The notes beneath the pieces are model-generated. The model saw only the letters and a program-made list of their open reading frames with translations, made no database searches and was not told the DNA's origin. Below, one piece after another: positions 27,723 to 38,115 of a stretch of 50,278 nucleotides of DNA (position 1 is the stretch's first letter; each line of letters opens with the position of its first letter). Source of the DNA: an uncultured Oscillospiraceae bacterium (GTDB lineage Bacteria; Bacillota; Clostridia; Oscillospirales; CAG-382). The stretch is from NCBI GenBank assembly GCA_964525815.1, contig CAZGJQ010000002.1, forward strand, positions 1-50,278, written 5' to 3'. The position numbers and the translations under genes were made by a program.

Positions 27723-30632
27723 TTATCCCTCCCCCACTATGCTGTAATTAAAATCAATCTTGCTTCCGTCACCGTCAACCTTAATAAAGCCTTCGGCGGG
27801 AACTATATGTGTTTTTCCTTTATCAGTGACGGTGTAATCCTTAAGCAAATAGTTAATATAGAAGGATTTACCGTTATCATAGGTAACCTTGGCTACCTTG
27901 TTCTGCGAATCAAGGAACTCATGCGCCACGATGGTGTGGTTTCTCAAATCCTTGAGTGCTTCGTTAAGCATCAGATAGGTTGTTACCATATCCTCAACCC
28001 AGATATTATATCTTACCGAATAATACTGATCAAGGTAGGAATATGTATACTGCTTTAACTCAGCTGTGTTATCAAAGGCGACCACGAAATACGGAGATGC
28101 TCCGTTTTCGATTGTTTTAAGTAATGAATACTGATAATCGCCTGCCAAATTAATTGCAGTTCCGGCATAATCCTTATATCCGTGTAATACCATTCCCATA
28201 AACGGAACAGTACCAGCCGAATGCCTGTATCTTGAGTCATCAAGCGGAATATCCAGTATATCGGTTACATACTTAAGGGTGTAGGCATTACCGCCCGAGA
28301 CCATCACCTTACCGTTATCCTTCTTGATTTGTTCAAGCAGCCTTGTTATAAGCTTCTTAGAGTCCTCTCTGTGCAGCGTATCCTTTGTGTTAAAGTCGGA
28401 GGATAAATAATTTCCGAGTGTGGAAACCGATATGGCTCCTACGTTATAATCCTTATATTCCTTGAAGGTGTCACTATAAAGTCGCTCCATAACATTCGGA
28501 GATATAACGCCCAGACTGTCATAAATAAAGCCTTGCCAGACAGGGTCATAAATCTTCTTTCCTGCAGCGCGGTTGTCTATGGTCCGGGTTAAGTCTTTGG
28601 AGCTATTAAAACCATCAAATGCTTTGTCCTTAAAGGCAAAGGAGTAATCAAAATCGGGATAAATGGTAACATTATTCTTATTGGCATAATCAAGGAGCTC
28701 AAGGAAACCCTCATCTCCTCCCAATACATCCACAATGTCCACGCCGGTTGGAACCAAGGGAATCAACCCCTCGTTTGCCCATCCGCTAAGCTTAAGCTTA
28801 ATGTTGTTAACACCCTTATCTTTTAGGAAGCTTAGTATTTCAATCGAATCCTTGAAGCTTGTAAGGGCTACCGTGGTCTGCACCGGTATACCTAAAACAT
28901 GCTTTATAGTTTCAAGCGCTCCGAGAGTCTCAATATAGAGAGGAATGTCCTCAGTCGTCTGCTCCTGCTCGGTAAGCACTCCGTTCTTAATAAGATAATC
29001 TCTGTAAACATTCGCCATTTCGGAATAGGAAATGTCATCGGACAAAATAAAGTATCTCAGCTTGAAGTCGCCTGTGTATTTACGCCTTGATTCAACCGTC
29101 CACATTGCATCGCTGCTGGAGGTTGCACTGATTCCTCCGCTGAGTGTATAGGAATCCTTAGGTCTCGGATTGAAGGAGGTATATACCGACGAAAACATAT
29201 GTACCTGTCCGCCATTCTCTACTGTTATCCTGGCAAGCGAATCACCCTCTTCAATAACTGCAAGGTAGCCTATCTTTAGGTCATGCATTACCGTCTCTAA
29301 GGAAGTGGTCTCCTCTCCGGTCTCCTCATCGATAACCGTGATTTCCTCTACGGTCGAATACTGATCCTTTACAATCTCGACAACGCCGAATACAGGTAAA
29401 CGCATTATTTCTCTATTTGCTCCGGATATTGTATGAAACGCATAATCCTGTCCGTAGAGCTGACTTGTCGTCCTAAAAGCGGTACCCCGTATGTTTTCAA
29501 AATCAATAAGCGTTCCCGAACCGTCGGGGGTAAATATATAACCGCTGTTATTTACATTACCCGCTCCCGCAAACGGCAGCAAGGTTACGTTAGATAGCTT
29601 GTAGGTTGACGAATCAAATCTAATATTACCTGCATTGCATCTGACCGAAAGACCAAGCTCATCTATAGTGTACTCAATAGCCAGCTTAAACAACGGCGGA
29701 GTCTTATCCATCGAAACATAGTCGGTTTCAGCATGATCCGCATCCATCTGGTCGAAGGAATAATCGGTATACAGCTTAACCATCCGCTCCAGCCTCATAA
29801 GCTCCTTTGGGGTTATATGCGGTTCGCATACATAAACAGGGAACCTTTCGCTGATCGGATATGCCTTTCTCATCTCTACCCTTGTTTTTTCCGACAGGGA
29901 GGTGTCGTTGGGATCCTTTAATTGATAAAATGCATCGAACTGTCTTGCATCTCTCGAAACAGGCGAATTTGCTGCTATCTGTTCCATAAGCGCAATAAGC
30001 TTTTCTTTCTCAATAAGTCTCGGTACGAGATACTCGATTTCTTCTCTTCCCAATGTATACTCGACCCTTACTCCGCTTCTTATAGGCTTAACCGTAATCT
30101 GATTGTTCCTTGCGGCATCCACAAAGGAGTTAAAGGAAAGGTCTGTATTCTGTTCGGAATAATCAACAATAACCTGTGAATACAGCCTGCTCTTAATTGA
30201 CTCTGAGGTAGCCGTACCGGTCATGGACTGACTTGACCCAATGTTGTATGGATTGGTGGAAAAATAAGCGTCATACTTATAAATTCCGTCCTCTCCAATC
30301 TCATATTCTCCGTCCTCATCCGGCTCTGTGAGCTGAAGAAGAACCATCTCACCAGTAATTTCATCTACATAAAGGGCAAATCCGTCCTTGACAAGCATAC
30401 AGGTCATCTGTGCGATAACATCGTTTCCGTTAATCCTGTCGTTTATGGATTTAAAGCCCGTAGACATATACGCGGGATACAGAGCATCCCAGATATCCTC
30501 TTCATCATCATCCTGTGCGGAATTACCGGATTCATCGGCAAGCGCCTCAATAGCCATTACCGAAACAAGCATTATAAGGCAGAGAAGAAGCGCCGTTAGT
30601 TTTTTAAATATACCTTTTTTCATACTTGACAC
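27723..30632 (-). CDS. Large secreted protein of unknown function (possible glycoside-hydrolase-like barrel in the C-terminal half)
   Basis: 969 aa, N-terminal signal peptide (LLLCLIMLVSVMAIEALA/DE), no recognisable catalytic motif by eye. Embedded between the permease pairs. Confidence 0.8.
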   Translation of the reverse strand: MSSMKKGIFKKLTALLLCLIMLVSVMAIEALADESGNSAQDDDEEDIWDALYPAYMSTGFKSINDRINGNDVIAQMTCMLVKDGFALYVDEITGEMVLLQLTEPDEDGEYEIGEDGIYKYDAYFSTNPYNIGSSQSMTGTATSESIKSRLYSQVIVDYSEQNTDLSFNSFVDAARNNQITVKPIRSGVRVEYTLGREEIEYLVPRLIEKEKLIALMEQIAANSPVSRDARQFDAFYQLKDPNDTSLSEKTRVEMRKAYPISERFPVYVCEPHITPKELMRLERMVKLYTDYSFDQMDADHAETDYVSMDKTPPLFKLAIEYTIDELGLSVRCNAGNIRFDSSTYKLSNVTLLPFAGAGNVNNSGYIFTPDGSGTLIDFENIRGTAFRTTSQLYGQDYAFHTISGANREIMRLPVFGVVEIVKDQYSTVEEITVIDEETGEETTSLETVMHDLKIGYLAVIEEGDSLARITVENGGQVHMFSSVYTSFNPRPKDSYTLSGGISATSSSDAMWTVESRRKYTGDFKLRYFILSDDISYSEMANVYRDYLIKNGVLTEQEQTTEDIPLYIETLGALETIKHVLGIPVQTTVALTSFKDSIEILSFLKDKGVNNIKLKLSGWANEGLIPLVPTGVDIVDVLGGDEGFLELLDYANKNNVTIYPDFDYSFAFKDKAFDGFNSSKDLTRTIDNRAAGKKIYDPVWQGFIYDSLGVISPNVMERLYSDTFKEYKDYNVGAISVSTLGNYLSSDFNTKDTLHREDSKKLITRLLEQIKKDNGKVMVSGGNAYTLKYVTDILDIPLDDSRYRHSAGTVPFMGMVLHGYKDYAGTAINLAGDYQYSLLKTIENGASPYFVVAFDNTAELKQYTYSYLDQYYSVRYNIWVEDMVTTYLMLNEALKDLRNHTIVAHEFLDSQNKVAKVTYDNGKSFYINYLLKDYTVTDKGKTHIVPAEGFIKVDGDGSKIDFNYSIVGEG

Positions 30633-30638
30633 TCCTTT

Positions 30639-32855
30639 CTAAAACCAATAACGGTATTTAAGCTCGACAAATATATTATATCCGAATGTAAATACCTTCT
30701 GAAGCAGACTGAAGAACAGCGCTCCGACAAATACAATAAACACTGCACCTACGATTGTTCCTATGGTGGTTAAAATATTCTTGCCGAGTGTATAATCATG
30801 TATAACCATCATAGCAAAGAATATCAGCAGTCCGAGCCATGCAAAGGCTATGGATTCCATCATACCCAGAATGGCCATTTCCTCTGCAACAACAAAGTTT
30901 GACATAATTACCGTCGGTAAAACCAGCAGCGGAAGCGGAGCAATAGCATAACCCGAGGCGATATAAACATCCTTGTAGCTTCCCTCCCCTTCAAAAAGGG
31001 TTGTAAGACACCAGTTTGCGGTTACCCATAAGAACAGCGGCATTACCACCGAAATCGTCTGCCAGATAAATGAGCCTCCATAGTTGGACTGATTATATAG
31101 ATACCCCTGTCCCACAGACTGATAAATATATACGGCGACGGTAAATCCGAGCCAGAAGGTTGCACCCCTTACGGAGCCTCTCTTCTCATGCTTTATGTCC
31201 CAGAAGCCGTCAAACGGATGGAATATAACATGGAAGGCATACATTACTTCCGAGAAGAAGCTGCGTCTCTCTGCGGAATTCTGTCCCTTCTTATTGTACT
31301 TTTTAGCAAACTTTAACAGCTTGCTAACCCCGATTAAAAACAACACCACAACCAACGGAATAACCCAGACATTATTCTCTATCCATTGCTTACGGTACAT
31401 TCCGTATGCAACCGAATAATTTGCTGTGTCATAGGCGTTTTTGAAGTACTGCATTGCGTCAAGATAATAGCCGTCTCTATAAAGACTCTGACCTATTCCT
31501 ACATAAGCACTGTCATAGTTGTTGTTATACTGAAGTATTTTTATATAATAATCAACAGCAGCCTCGTAGTTCTTATCCTCTGTGTTTTGAATAGCGGAGG
31601 CTATCAAATCTCCGTAGCCTGTTCTTTTATAAACTGTTATGGAGCTTGAATTCCTGTCAAGGAGCAGAATGTTTGAGCCCTGATATTCAATCGCAATAAG
31701 AGATTGAATGTTACCTACCTGATCTCCCGTATCTCCGAATGCAAAAAGCAGGTTGCCGTTACTATCATATGTAAAAACCCTGCTGCGCTTAGAGTCAATT
31801 ATACTCCAGGTATTGCTCGGTCCGAGAGCTACATCAACCACGGTAGACGGTCCGGAAACAGGAAACTCTGTTCTCGACATGGTCAAAAAATCTATTTCGC
31901 CCGAGGGAGGATGGAACCCGTTTCGGTTCATAACATCGCTTCCGTTGGGATTTAGCTTCTTAACCGGTGCATAATCACCCGACTTTGATTTGCCGCGTAT
32001 TGCACTGATTACATCAGCTTCATCTATCGAAGAAGTAGTTACATAAAGGAAGCCGTCGTTATCGATATTTACATTGTTATACTCGGTGGGAACCCACTGA
32101 ATGCTTCTACTTATCTGATCCTGCGTCTGAAACATACGCCAGAAGAGCTGAAAGGCATTATATGTAACCTTCTGCGGCCCGATAAATCCGTTGAAGGAGC
32201 CGTCTCTGTTCAGTGAGATAACGCCATAGTTTGTTGTGGAGGAAACCACATAAACACGACCGGCTCTGTCCACTGCAACCGCAATAGGCTTATAAACGCT
32301 GTTGTCAGGCAGAACATCGCTTGCGGGCTCGGGAACTATATCAAGGAAGTTTCCGATCTTGTCGAATATAACAACCCTTGACTTCTCGGTATCCGCAACA
32401 TAAATCTCGCTGTCGGTAACAAAAACACCTCTCGGCTGATTAAGTGCATCCGGAATGCCCTGATCGTTTATAAACGTGTTGATAATAAGCCTGATGTTGT
32501 ATTCCTCATCCAACCCTACTATTCTGCTGTTGTCAGTATCCGCAATATATACATGGTTTAAATCGTCAACGCATATATCCCTCGGAGAATTCAAGTCCAG
32601 CATATCATCAAGACTATACTTCTGCCTTGTAATCTCACTTGCGCCGTTCTCATATGATTCTCTGATTGTTTTGGAATTAATAATGGTTAACGGCACATAT
32701 GCGTGCGGACTCCGTTGCATCCATCCGTATACATCGTATGTATAGGTTGCATACGGGACAACTGCGCTTGCACTGAAAACAGTGCCCGAAAGGAGAATAA
32801 GACATATTGCAAGAAGAAAAACTCTTATAATTTTTGTTTTGTTTTTCATTAGCAT
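30639..32855 (-). CDS. NHL-repeat beta-propeller / TPR / Yip1-domain membrane protein
   Basis: 738 aa with a signal peptide and about six NHL-like blades (VYIADTDNSRIVGLD, IYVADTEKSRVVIFD, VYVVSSTTNYGVISLNRDG...). Then a TPR-like segment (NYEAAVDYYIKILQYNNNYDSAYVGIGQSLY) and a polytopic C-terminus resembling the Yip1 family. Confidence 0.82.
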   Translation of the reverse strand: MLMKNKTKIIRVFLLAICLILLSGTVFSASAVVPYATYTYDVYGWMQRSPHAYVPLTIINSKTIRESYENGASEITRQKYSLDDMLDLNSPRDICVDDLNHVYIADTDNSRIVGLDEEYNIRLIINTFINDQGIPDALNQPRGVFVTDSEIYVADTEKSRVVIFDKIGNFLDIVPEPASDVLPDNSVYKPIAVAVDRAGRVYVVSSTTNYGVISLNRDGSFNGFIGPQKVTYNAFQLFWRMFQTQDQISRSIQWVPTEYNNVNIDNDGFLYVTTSSIDEADVISAIRGKSKSGDYAPVKKLNPNGSDVMNRNGFHPPSGEIDFLTMSRTEFPVSGPSTVVDVALGPSNTWSIIDSKRSRVFTYDSNGNLLFAFGDTGDQVGNIQSLIAIEYQGSNILLLDRNSSSITVYKRTGYGDLIASAIQNTEDKNYEAAVDYYIKILQYNNNYDSAYVGIGQSLYRDGYYLDAMQYFKNAYDTANYSVAYGMYRKQWIENNVWVIPLVVVLFLIGVSKLLKFAKKYNKKGQNSAERRSFFSEVMYAFHVIFHPFDGFWDIKHEKRGSVRGATFWLGFTVAVYIYQSVGQGYLYNQSNYGGSFIWQTISVVMPLFLWVTANWCLTTLFEGEGSYKDVYIASGYAIAPLPLLVLPTVIMSNFVVAEEMAILGMMESIAFAWLGLLIFFAMMVIHDYTLGKNILTTIGTIVGAVFIVFVGALFFSLLQKVFTFGYNIFVELKYRYWF

Positions 32856-32864
32856 GCTCCTTTC

Positions 32865-33785
32865 CTAATCCTTCATGCCGGAGGTTGACATGGTTTGAAT
32901 TACATTACTCTGTGCTATAACAAACACGGTAACCGGAACCACCATCATAACAACGGTTGCTGCGGCACCCACACCCGAACGGGCGATACCGGAGGTAACC
33001 AGCTGACCTATCGCATAGTTGAAGGTCTTGAGCTGCTCACTGTATATGAACAGGTTTCCACCCATGTTCCACAGGTCTCTGAATGAGAATATAACCAGAG
33101 TTACCCATGCAGGCTTTACCATAGGCATCGCTATCTTCCAAAAAATCTTGTTTTCGTTTGCACCCTCAATCCTCGCGCTCTCCAGCACCGCATCCGTAAC
33201 ATTAGTCTCCATAAACTGCTTCATCAGGTACAGACCGAAGGTGGTACAGAAGGCGGGAACAATTACCGCAAGATATGTATCAACCCAACCCAGCAGCGCC
33301 ATTGTTATGAAATTGGTTATGCCGGTTACGGTTGCGTTAAACATCAACGAGTAAATAACAATACTGAAGAGAAACTTTCTTCCCGGGAATGCAATCTTTG
33401 CGATTGCATATGCAGCATAGGAGGCAAACAGAACGTGTCCCGTAGTACCCACGGTGGAAATGAACACTGTGTTAAAAATGTATCTCGAAAAGGGTACCCA
33501 GGAGTCTCCCATCAGCCGGAATAAATCCTTGAAGTTCTTCATTGTGGGATTAACCACATAAAAGCGAGGCGGGAAAAACCAGAACTCGTCAAGCGGCTTA
33601 AGGGACTGTATAATGGCAAAGTACAAAGGAGCAGCCATTATTACACCGACTATTCCCAGTAAAACATATATACCGATGTCTCCGCCGGTGGAACGGTTAA
33701 TGGAGCGTCTGAAGGTATTGTGTGATTTGTTTCTCTGCCGTTTTTCTATGTAATTCTTGAATCTTTCTTTTATATTTACTGTCAT
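32865..33785 (-). CDS. Carbohydrate-type ABC transporter permease (MalG-like), pair 2
   Basis: 306 aa, EAA loop ESARIEGANENKIFWKIAMPMVKP. Confidence 0.92.
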   Translation of the reverse strand: MTVNIKERFKNYIEKRQRNKSHNTFRRSINRSTGGDIGIYVLLGIVGVIMAAPLYFAIIQSLKPLDEFWFFPPRFYVVNPTMKNFKDLFRLMGDSWVPFSRYIFNTVFISTVGTTGHVLFASYAAYAIAKIAFPGRKFLFSIVIYSLMFNATVTGITNFITMALLGWVDTYLAVIVPAFCTTFGLYLMKQFMETNVTDAVLESARIEGANENKIFWKIAMPMVKPAWVTLVIFSFRDLWNMGGNLFIYSEQLKTFNYAIGQLVTSGIARSGVGAAATVVMMVVPVTVFVIAQSNVIQTMSTSGMKD

Positions 33786-33788
33786 ATG

Positions 33789-34724
33789 CTACGAACCTAC
33801 CTTTCTGAGAACTCTCGTTACGATAAGGTTTGCACCTATCATCATGAAAAACAGAATAGTAGCTATAGCCGAAGCATATCCCATTTCAAATCGCATTCCG
33901 CCATAATCATCCAAATGATGCATTATGGTATGAGCTACATAGTTAGGGCTGGGGAATCCGACAAGCGCCGTTATATGAGCTCCGAAACCGAAGGAGCCGG
34001 TTATCGCCAATATTGCACCAAGCATCATCTGAGGACGCATGGTGGGAAGGGTAATAAACCACAGCTCCTGCCAGCGGTTCTTTACTCCGTCCATTGCTCC
34101 CGCCTCATACAGCTCCTGATTAACGACCTGAAAACCTGCGATAAAGGTCAGGAAGGAAGCTCCGAGCGAGGTCCAAAGAGCAACAACAACAATTAATGTA
34201 AATATGTACTTCTCATCCTGAAACCATAGGATGGGCTTGGAAATAATATTTAGCTTTATCAGCCATGCATTTACAAAGCCGTACTGATCGGAATGAAAGA
34301 ATATTGTCCATATCAAATAAACCATTCCGGAAATAGAGGGCGCATAAAACAAAACTGTTACAAATGCACGAATCTTAGGTCTCAGCTCATTGATAAACCA
34401 TGCGAAGAACAGACACAAAAGGTACGAGCCCGGTCCGGTAATTGCTGCGAACACCAATGTGTTCTTAATGGCTATCAGGAATATATCGTCATCTAAAAGA
34501 AGCCGGATATAGTTATCCATGAATATAAAGTTCGGCCATTCAAGCAGATTGAAGGTGGTAAAGCTGAGTACCACCGACATAAGCACGGGTACTACCGTAA
34601 AAATGAAGAACAGAAGGAAGAAGGGAAAAATCATCGCATACCCAGCCCAATTTTTCTTCATTTGTATTAGAGTCCACTTGGATTTTGATATATCCGTTCT
34701 GATTATCGCTTTTTCTTTTGCCAT
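33789..34724 (-). CDS. Carbohydrate-type ABC transporter permease (MalF-like), pair 2
   Basis: 311 aa, EAA loop EAGAMDGVKNRWQELWFITLPTMRP. Confidence 0.92.
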   Translation of the reverse strand: MAKEKAIIRTDISKSKWTLIQMKKNWAGYAMIFPFFLLFFIFTVVPVLMSVVLSFTTFNLLEWPNFIFMDNYIRLLLDDDIFLIAIKNTLVFAAITGPGSYLLCLFFAWFINELRPKIRAFVTVLFYAPSISGMVYLIWTIFFHSDQYGFVNAWLIKLNIISKPILWFQDEKYIFTLIVVVALWTSLGASFLTFIAGFQVVNQELYEAGAMDGVKNRWQELWFITLPTMRPQMMLGAILAITGSFGFGAHITALVGFPSPNYVAHTIMHHLDDYGGMRFEMGYASAIATILFFMMIGANLIVTRVLRKVGS

Positions 34725-34743
34725 TAACTATCTCCCCCTCCCC

Positions 34744-37700
34744 TTATTCCTTGCCTAAAAGATTGTGCTCAAGCTCCGCAATGTCCTCTGCCGTTGGCAG
34801 TCCGAACTCCTTGCGCTTTCGAGTCAACTCACTGTTTATATCAATAATATAGGAAAGCATTTTCTCAACCGGTTCGTCGCCGTTATTATACACACCTAAG
34901 AAAGCAAAGTTTGTGTATCTCGGAATAATATAGTTTCCTGGGAACTCCGGTACGCACTGTACCGCATTAAACTGCGCTCTCAAATTGTCATATTCATCTC
35001 TGGACCATGCCATATTTTCCAGAGCCTCAAGGTTTGCGGTATTCTGCTTCGCAGAGGGACCGAGCAGGGCAACCATTTCGTTGCCGTATGCGCTCTGTAC
35101 CCTTGCGCTGGTCCACCACTGCATATATGTCCAAGCTGAGAAAGCGTTTTCGTCGTTAACCGTTCTCATCATAACCATAGCGGTAATTGTTCCAACTGTG
35201 GTGTTGTCTATGGAGCCGTCGGGATTAAGGGTTCCGGGCAATGGTGTAAACTCCCAAAGTCCTTTAATCTCCGGCGCAAATACAATAAGGTGATTATATG
35301 TTATATATTCCATTACTGCCAGCGGCATCGTTCCCTGACGGAAGCGATTCGGGAAGCTGAACACAACGGGGAAATCATACATTGTATATAGCTGACAAAC
35401 CTCCTTAAACGATGCAAGAGCAATATCCGAATCAAGATTTATTGTCATTCCGTCCGTTTTGGGTAATACATTTCCCTCCTGATCCGTATAGGTATAGCCT
35501 AATTCGTCAAGATCCTCGTCTGTATATCCGTTTTCATGGAACAAATCCATATAATAATCGTAATTACCCATATCATAAAGGGTTGCACCCCGCTGATACA
35601 TCATAAACATAGCACCGCCCGTTCCTGCAGCCGCTGTCGCATCTCCGGCAACACCGGCAGGGAACCCTACCTCAAGCATGCTTGACTGTAATGTATAAAT
35701 AATATCGTAAAAATCGTCCCATGTGTTCGGAACATCAATACCAAGCTCCACAAAAATGTCCTTGCGATAAAACATCATCGGGAAGCCCATATTCTCGGGT
35801 ACCGCATATGTCTCGCCGTATAGGGTTACGGGAATCATAGCTGCGGGAGCGAAACGCTCCTTAACCTGGTCAAAGGTATCTACCCTGTCTAATATCGAGC
35901 CGTAAACAGGATGATTCTCCCACTGTGAGAAATCATTGAAGTTATATCCTATCTTTGTATCGCCTGTTTGTGTATTAAGGGACTTAACCGCTGATCTTAT
36001 TGCATAGTTTACCGGGTCTCCCTGTGCGTTACCCATAGAAACATCGGGTCCCGTTCCCGCAAGAGTTGCGGGGAGCAGGGTGCCGGGAATAACCAGCTTC
36101 ACGGTTACCGGTATATTGTAGTTGGCAGAAAAATCATCGTCAACAAGCCCCCTTATAATCTGAGCCTGTTCTCTTGAGGTGGCGGTCCAAACCTCAATTG
36201 CTACTCTATCTATATCATCGCTTGTAATTCCCTCCGATAAAGAACCTATAGAGTTATAATCGGCAAAGAAGGAAGCAATAAACTTTTGAATCTCTCCCCA
36301 CATTGATTTAAAGAACCCGGGCTCCGCCTCAGGAGGCTCTGCATCAACCGCTTGTATGCATAAATAATCTATATACAGCGGTTGGTTCTGGGTTGTGGTC
36401 AGCCAGGTACCTAATGCACCGAGATGATCCTTTAATATTGTCATACTTGAAGCTATGGTTGTGGGATATGTTCCCATTCGCTCAAGATAAATCGCAATCT
36501 TATCGAGGGTTGCGGCATGCTCTCCCTTTTCTCCGGTTATCTGGCTTAATCTCTCGGTTACATTATTAATTATAGCCGCTTGCTCCTTAAGACCCTTGAT
36601 AACATCGGGAATAAGTCTCTCAAACCTGTAATCTCGATATTCATCCGGCTTAGGACCGGTAATCATAAGTATTTTACGGTAATAACCGTTAATAACCGTA
36701 AGACTGTTCTCTACGACGCTTAAAATCTCGGACATATCTCCGAGAACAACCTCGAGACGAATTTTGTTTTCTCCCTCTTCGAGATAGAACTTGAAGTTGC
36801 GGCTTCCGTCACCGAGCGGCTCGGTAAGCCAGCTATCCGAGTAATTAAAACGCAGATAAGAGGCCTCCTCAAAAGGCACCTCATCATTTATATATATCCT
36901 TCTGGATACATACATTCCCGAATAAATATCCTGCTTAGAACGGGGAATTATGTTGTAAAATCCGTCCTCTGGTACATTTACCGTCCACTCAATCCACTGA
37001 CCCACATACTGCCATTTGTCGCCGCCTATCATATTTAATCTCATAAGTGCGGGATCCTGCGGGATTGTTATGATGGAGCTTCTGTCATTCAGCTGATAGA
37101 TTGTTCTCTCAGAAACAACGGTGGGATATTCCGCCTGTATCATAACAACCTCGTCGCCTGTATAATCGGGCTTATCCGAATACTGCTCGATATACTCATC
37201 ATATGTAGGAACCGAAGGCGCTCTCATCAGCTTAATGCTCTTAATTGCCATCGGCTCTTTAATTGTCTGAAGGGTTATCTTATGAGTGCCCTCATCCAAA
37301 TAGAATCTGAGCGGATTGTTATAATAACCCGTGGAGTCAAACAAAAAGCAATCCTCCCAGGCGTTCAACAGTACCTTATCGGGTTTTGCTTCGTTTCCGA
37401 TAAGATCCTTGAGGAAAAGACGTTGACTGTCCTTGATGTTATTCTCGTAATCAAGAATAAAATCCTCAAACTCCTTAGAGTCCGACAAATAGGTTACTCT
37501 TTTTCCGTTCTCGTCAAGCACGGGTCTGCCGTTCTCGTCAACGACGATATATTCATCGGCCCATCTTCTCTGCAAAACAATAGAACGAGCTTCTTTAAAG
37601 GGAACCCTGTCATTTATAAGAAGCATTCGCTCAAAGGAGGTGGACTTACCCACGCTTATCTCATTGCCTTCATCGTCCTCCACCTGAATATTACCTGTAT

Positions 37701-38115
37701 AATACTCGATGTATATGCTGTACATTGCTTCGTCCGAAATGTCAACATTCCAGCTAACCTTTCCGTCGTCACCCATAAACAGTACGGGCTCCTCAACGCC
37801 CGCAAAGCCGTCCTTAACATTAACGGTTGCGGTGGTACTCTCCTCATCATCTATGTAGTCGGCAATCGATAATTCAATCTCGGCTTCTGCATCCTTGACA
37901 TCGGAATGAAGATTCAAATATTCGCTGTACATGACTGATGTAAGAATATTTCTAATCTCGGTCAAGGAGGTACGCACCAAAGAATCGGAGCCGCCCACGC
38001 TTTCTACGAGAGCAGATGCGGGTATGCCGATTTCAAACATTGCTCCTGTCGCAAGTATTGCAAACGCAAGCACACCAACCAACAATCTTTTTGATGTTTT
38101 TCTGATTCTGGTCAT
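34744..38115 (-). CDS. Giant extracellular solute-binding protein with two N-terminal CBM-like modules
   Basis: Start taken at MTRIRKTSKRLL (ATG 38115, GGGAGGA 7 nt upstream). N-terminal anchor, two related beta-sandwich-like modules and a helical linker. The C-terminal ~480 aa resemble a family-1 sugar-binding protein (VAIEVWTATSREQAQIIRGLVDDDF..., MFYRKDIFVELGIDVPNTWDDF). Confidence 0.88.
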   Translation of the reverse strand: MTRIRKTSKRLLVGVLAFAILATGAMFEIGIPASALVESVGGSDSLVRTSLTEIRNILTSVMYSEYLNLHSDVKDAEAEIELSIADYIDDEESTTATVNVKDGFAGVEEPVLFMGDDGKVSWNVDISDEAMYSIYIEYYTGNIQVEDDEGNEISVGKSTSFERMLLINDRVPFKEARSIVLQRRWADEYIVVDENGRPVLDENGKRVTYLSDSKEFEDFILDYENNIKDSQRLFLKDLIGNEAKPDKVLLNAWEDCFLFDSTGYYNNPLRFYLDEGTHKITLQTIKEPMAIKSIKLMRAPSVPTYDEYIEQYSDKPDYTGDEVVMIQAEYPTVVSERTIYQLNDRSSIITIPQDPALMRLNMIGGDKWQYVGQWIEWTVNVPEDGFYNIIPRSKQDIYSGMYVSRRIYINDEVPFEEASYLRFNYSDSWLTEPLGDGSRNFKFYLEEGENKIRLEVVLGDMSEILSVVENSLTVINGYYRKILMITGPKPDEYRDYRFERLIPDVIKGLKEQAAIINNVTERLSQITGEKGEHAATLDKIAIYLERMGTYPTTIASSMTILKDHLGALGTWLTTTQNQPLYIDYLCIQAVDAEPPEAEPGFFKSMWGEIQKFIASFFADYNSIGSLSEGITSDDIDRVAIEVWTATSREQAQIIRGLVDDDFSANYNIPVTVKLVIPGTLLPATLAGTGPDVSMGNAQGDPVNYAIRSAVKSLNTQTGDTKIGYNFNDFSQWENHPVYGSILDRVDTFDQVKERFAPAAMIPVTLYGETYAVPENMGFPMMFYRKDIFVELGIDVPNTWDDFYDIIYTLQSSMLEVGFPAGVAGDATAAAGTGGAMFMMYQRGATLYDMGNYDYYMDLFHENGYTDEDLDELGYTYTDQEGNVLPKTDGMTINLDSDIALASFKEVCQLYTMYDFPVVFSFPNRFRQGTMPLAVMEYITYNHLIVFAPEIKGLWEFTPLPGTLNPDGSIDNTTVGTITAMVMMRTVNDENAFSAWTYMQWWTSARVQSAYGNEMVALLGPSAKQNTANLEALENMAWSRDEYDNLRAQFNAVQCVPEFPGNYIIPRYTNFAFLGVYNNGDEPVEKMLSYIIDINSELTRKRKEFGLPTAEDIAELEHNLLGKE

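Noticed and set aside
37282-37872. 196-aa plus-strand ORF inside the binding-protein gene. Similar ORFs occur at 26988-27614, 16257-16748, 19655-20062, 20016-20435, 40401-40832 and 47072-47455.
   Set aside because: They are antisense or out of frame within confidently assigned genes, with no ribosome-binding sites and no recognisable motifs.
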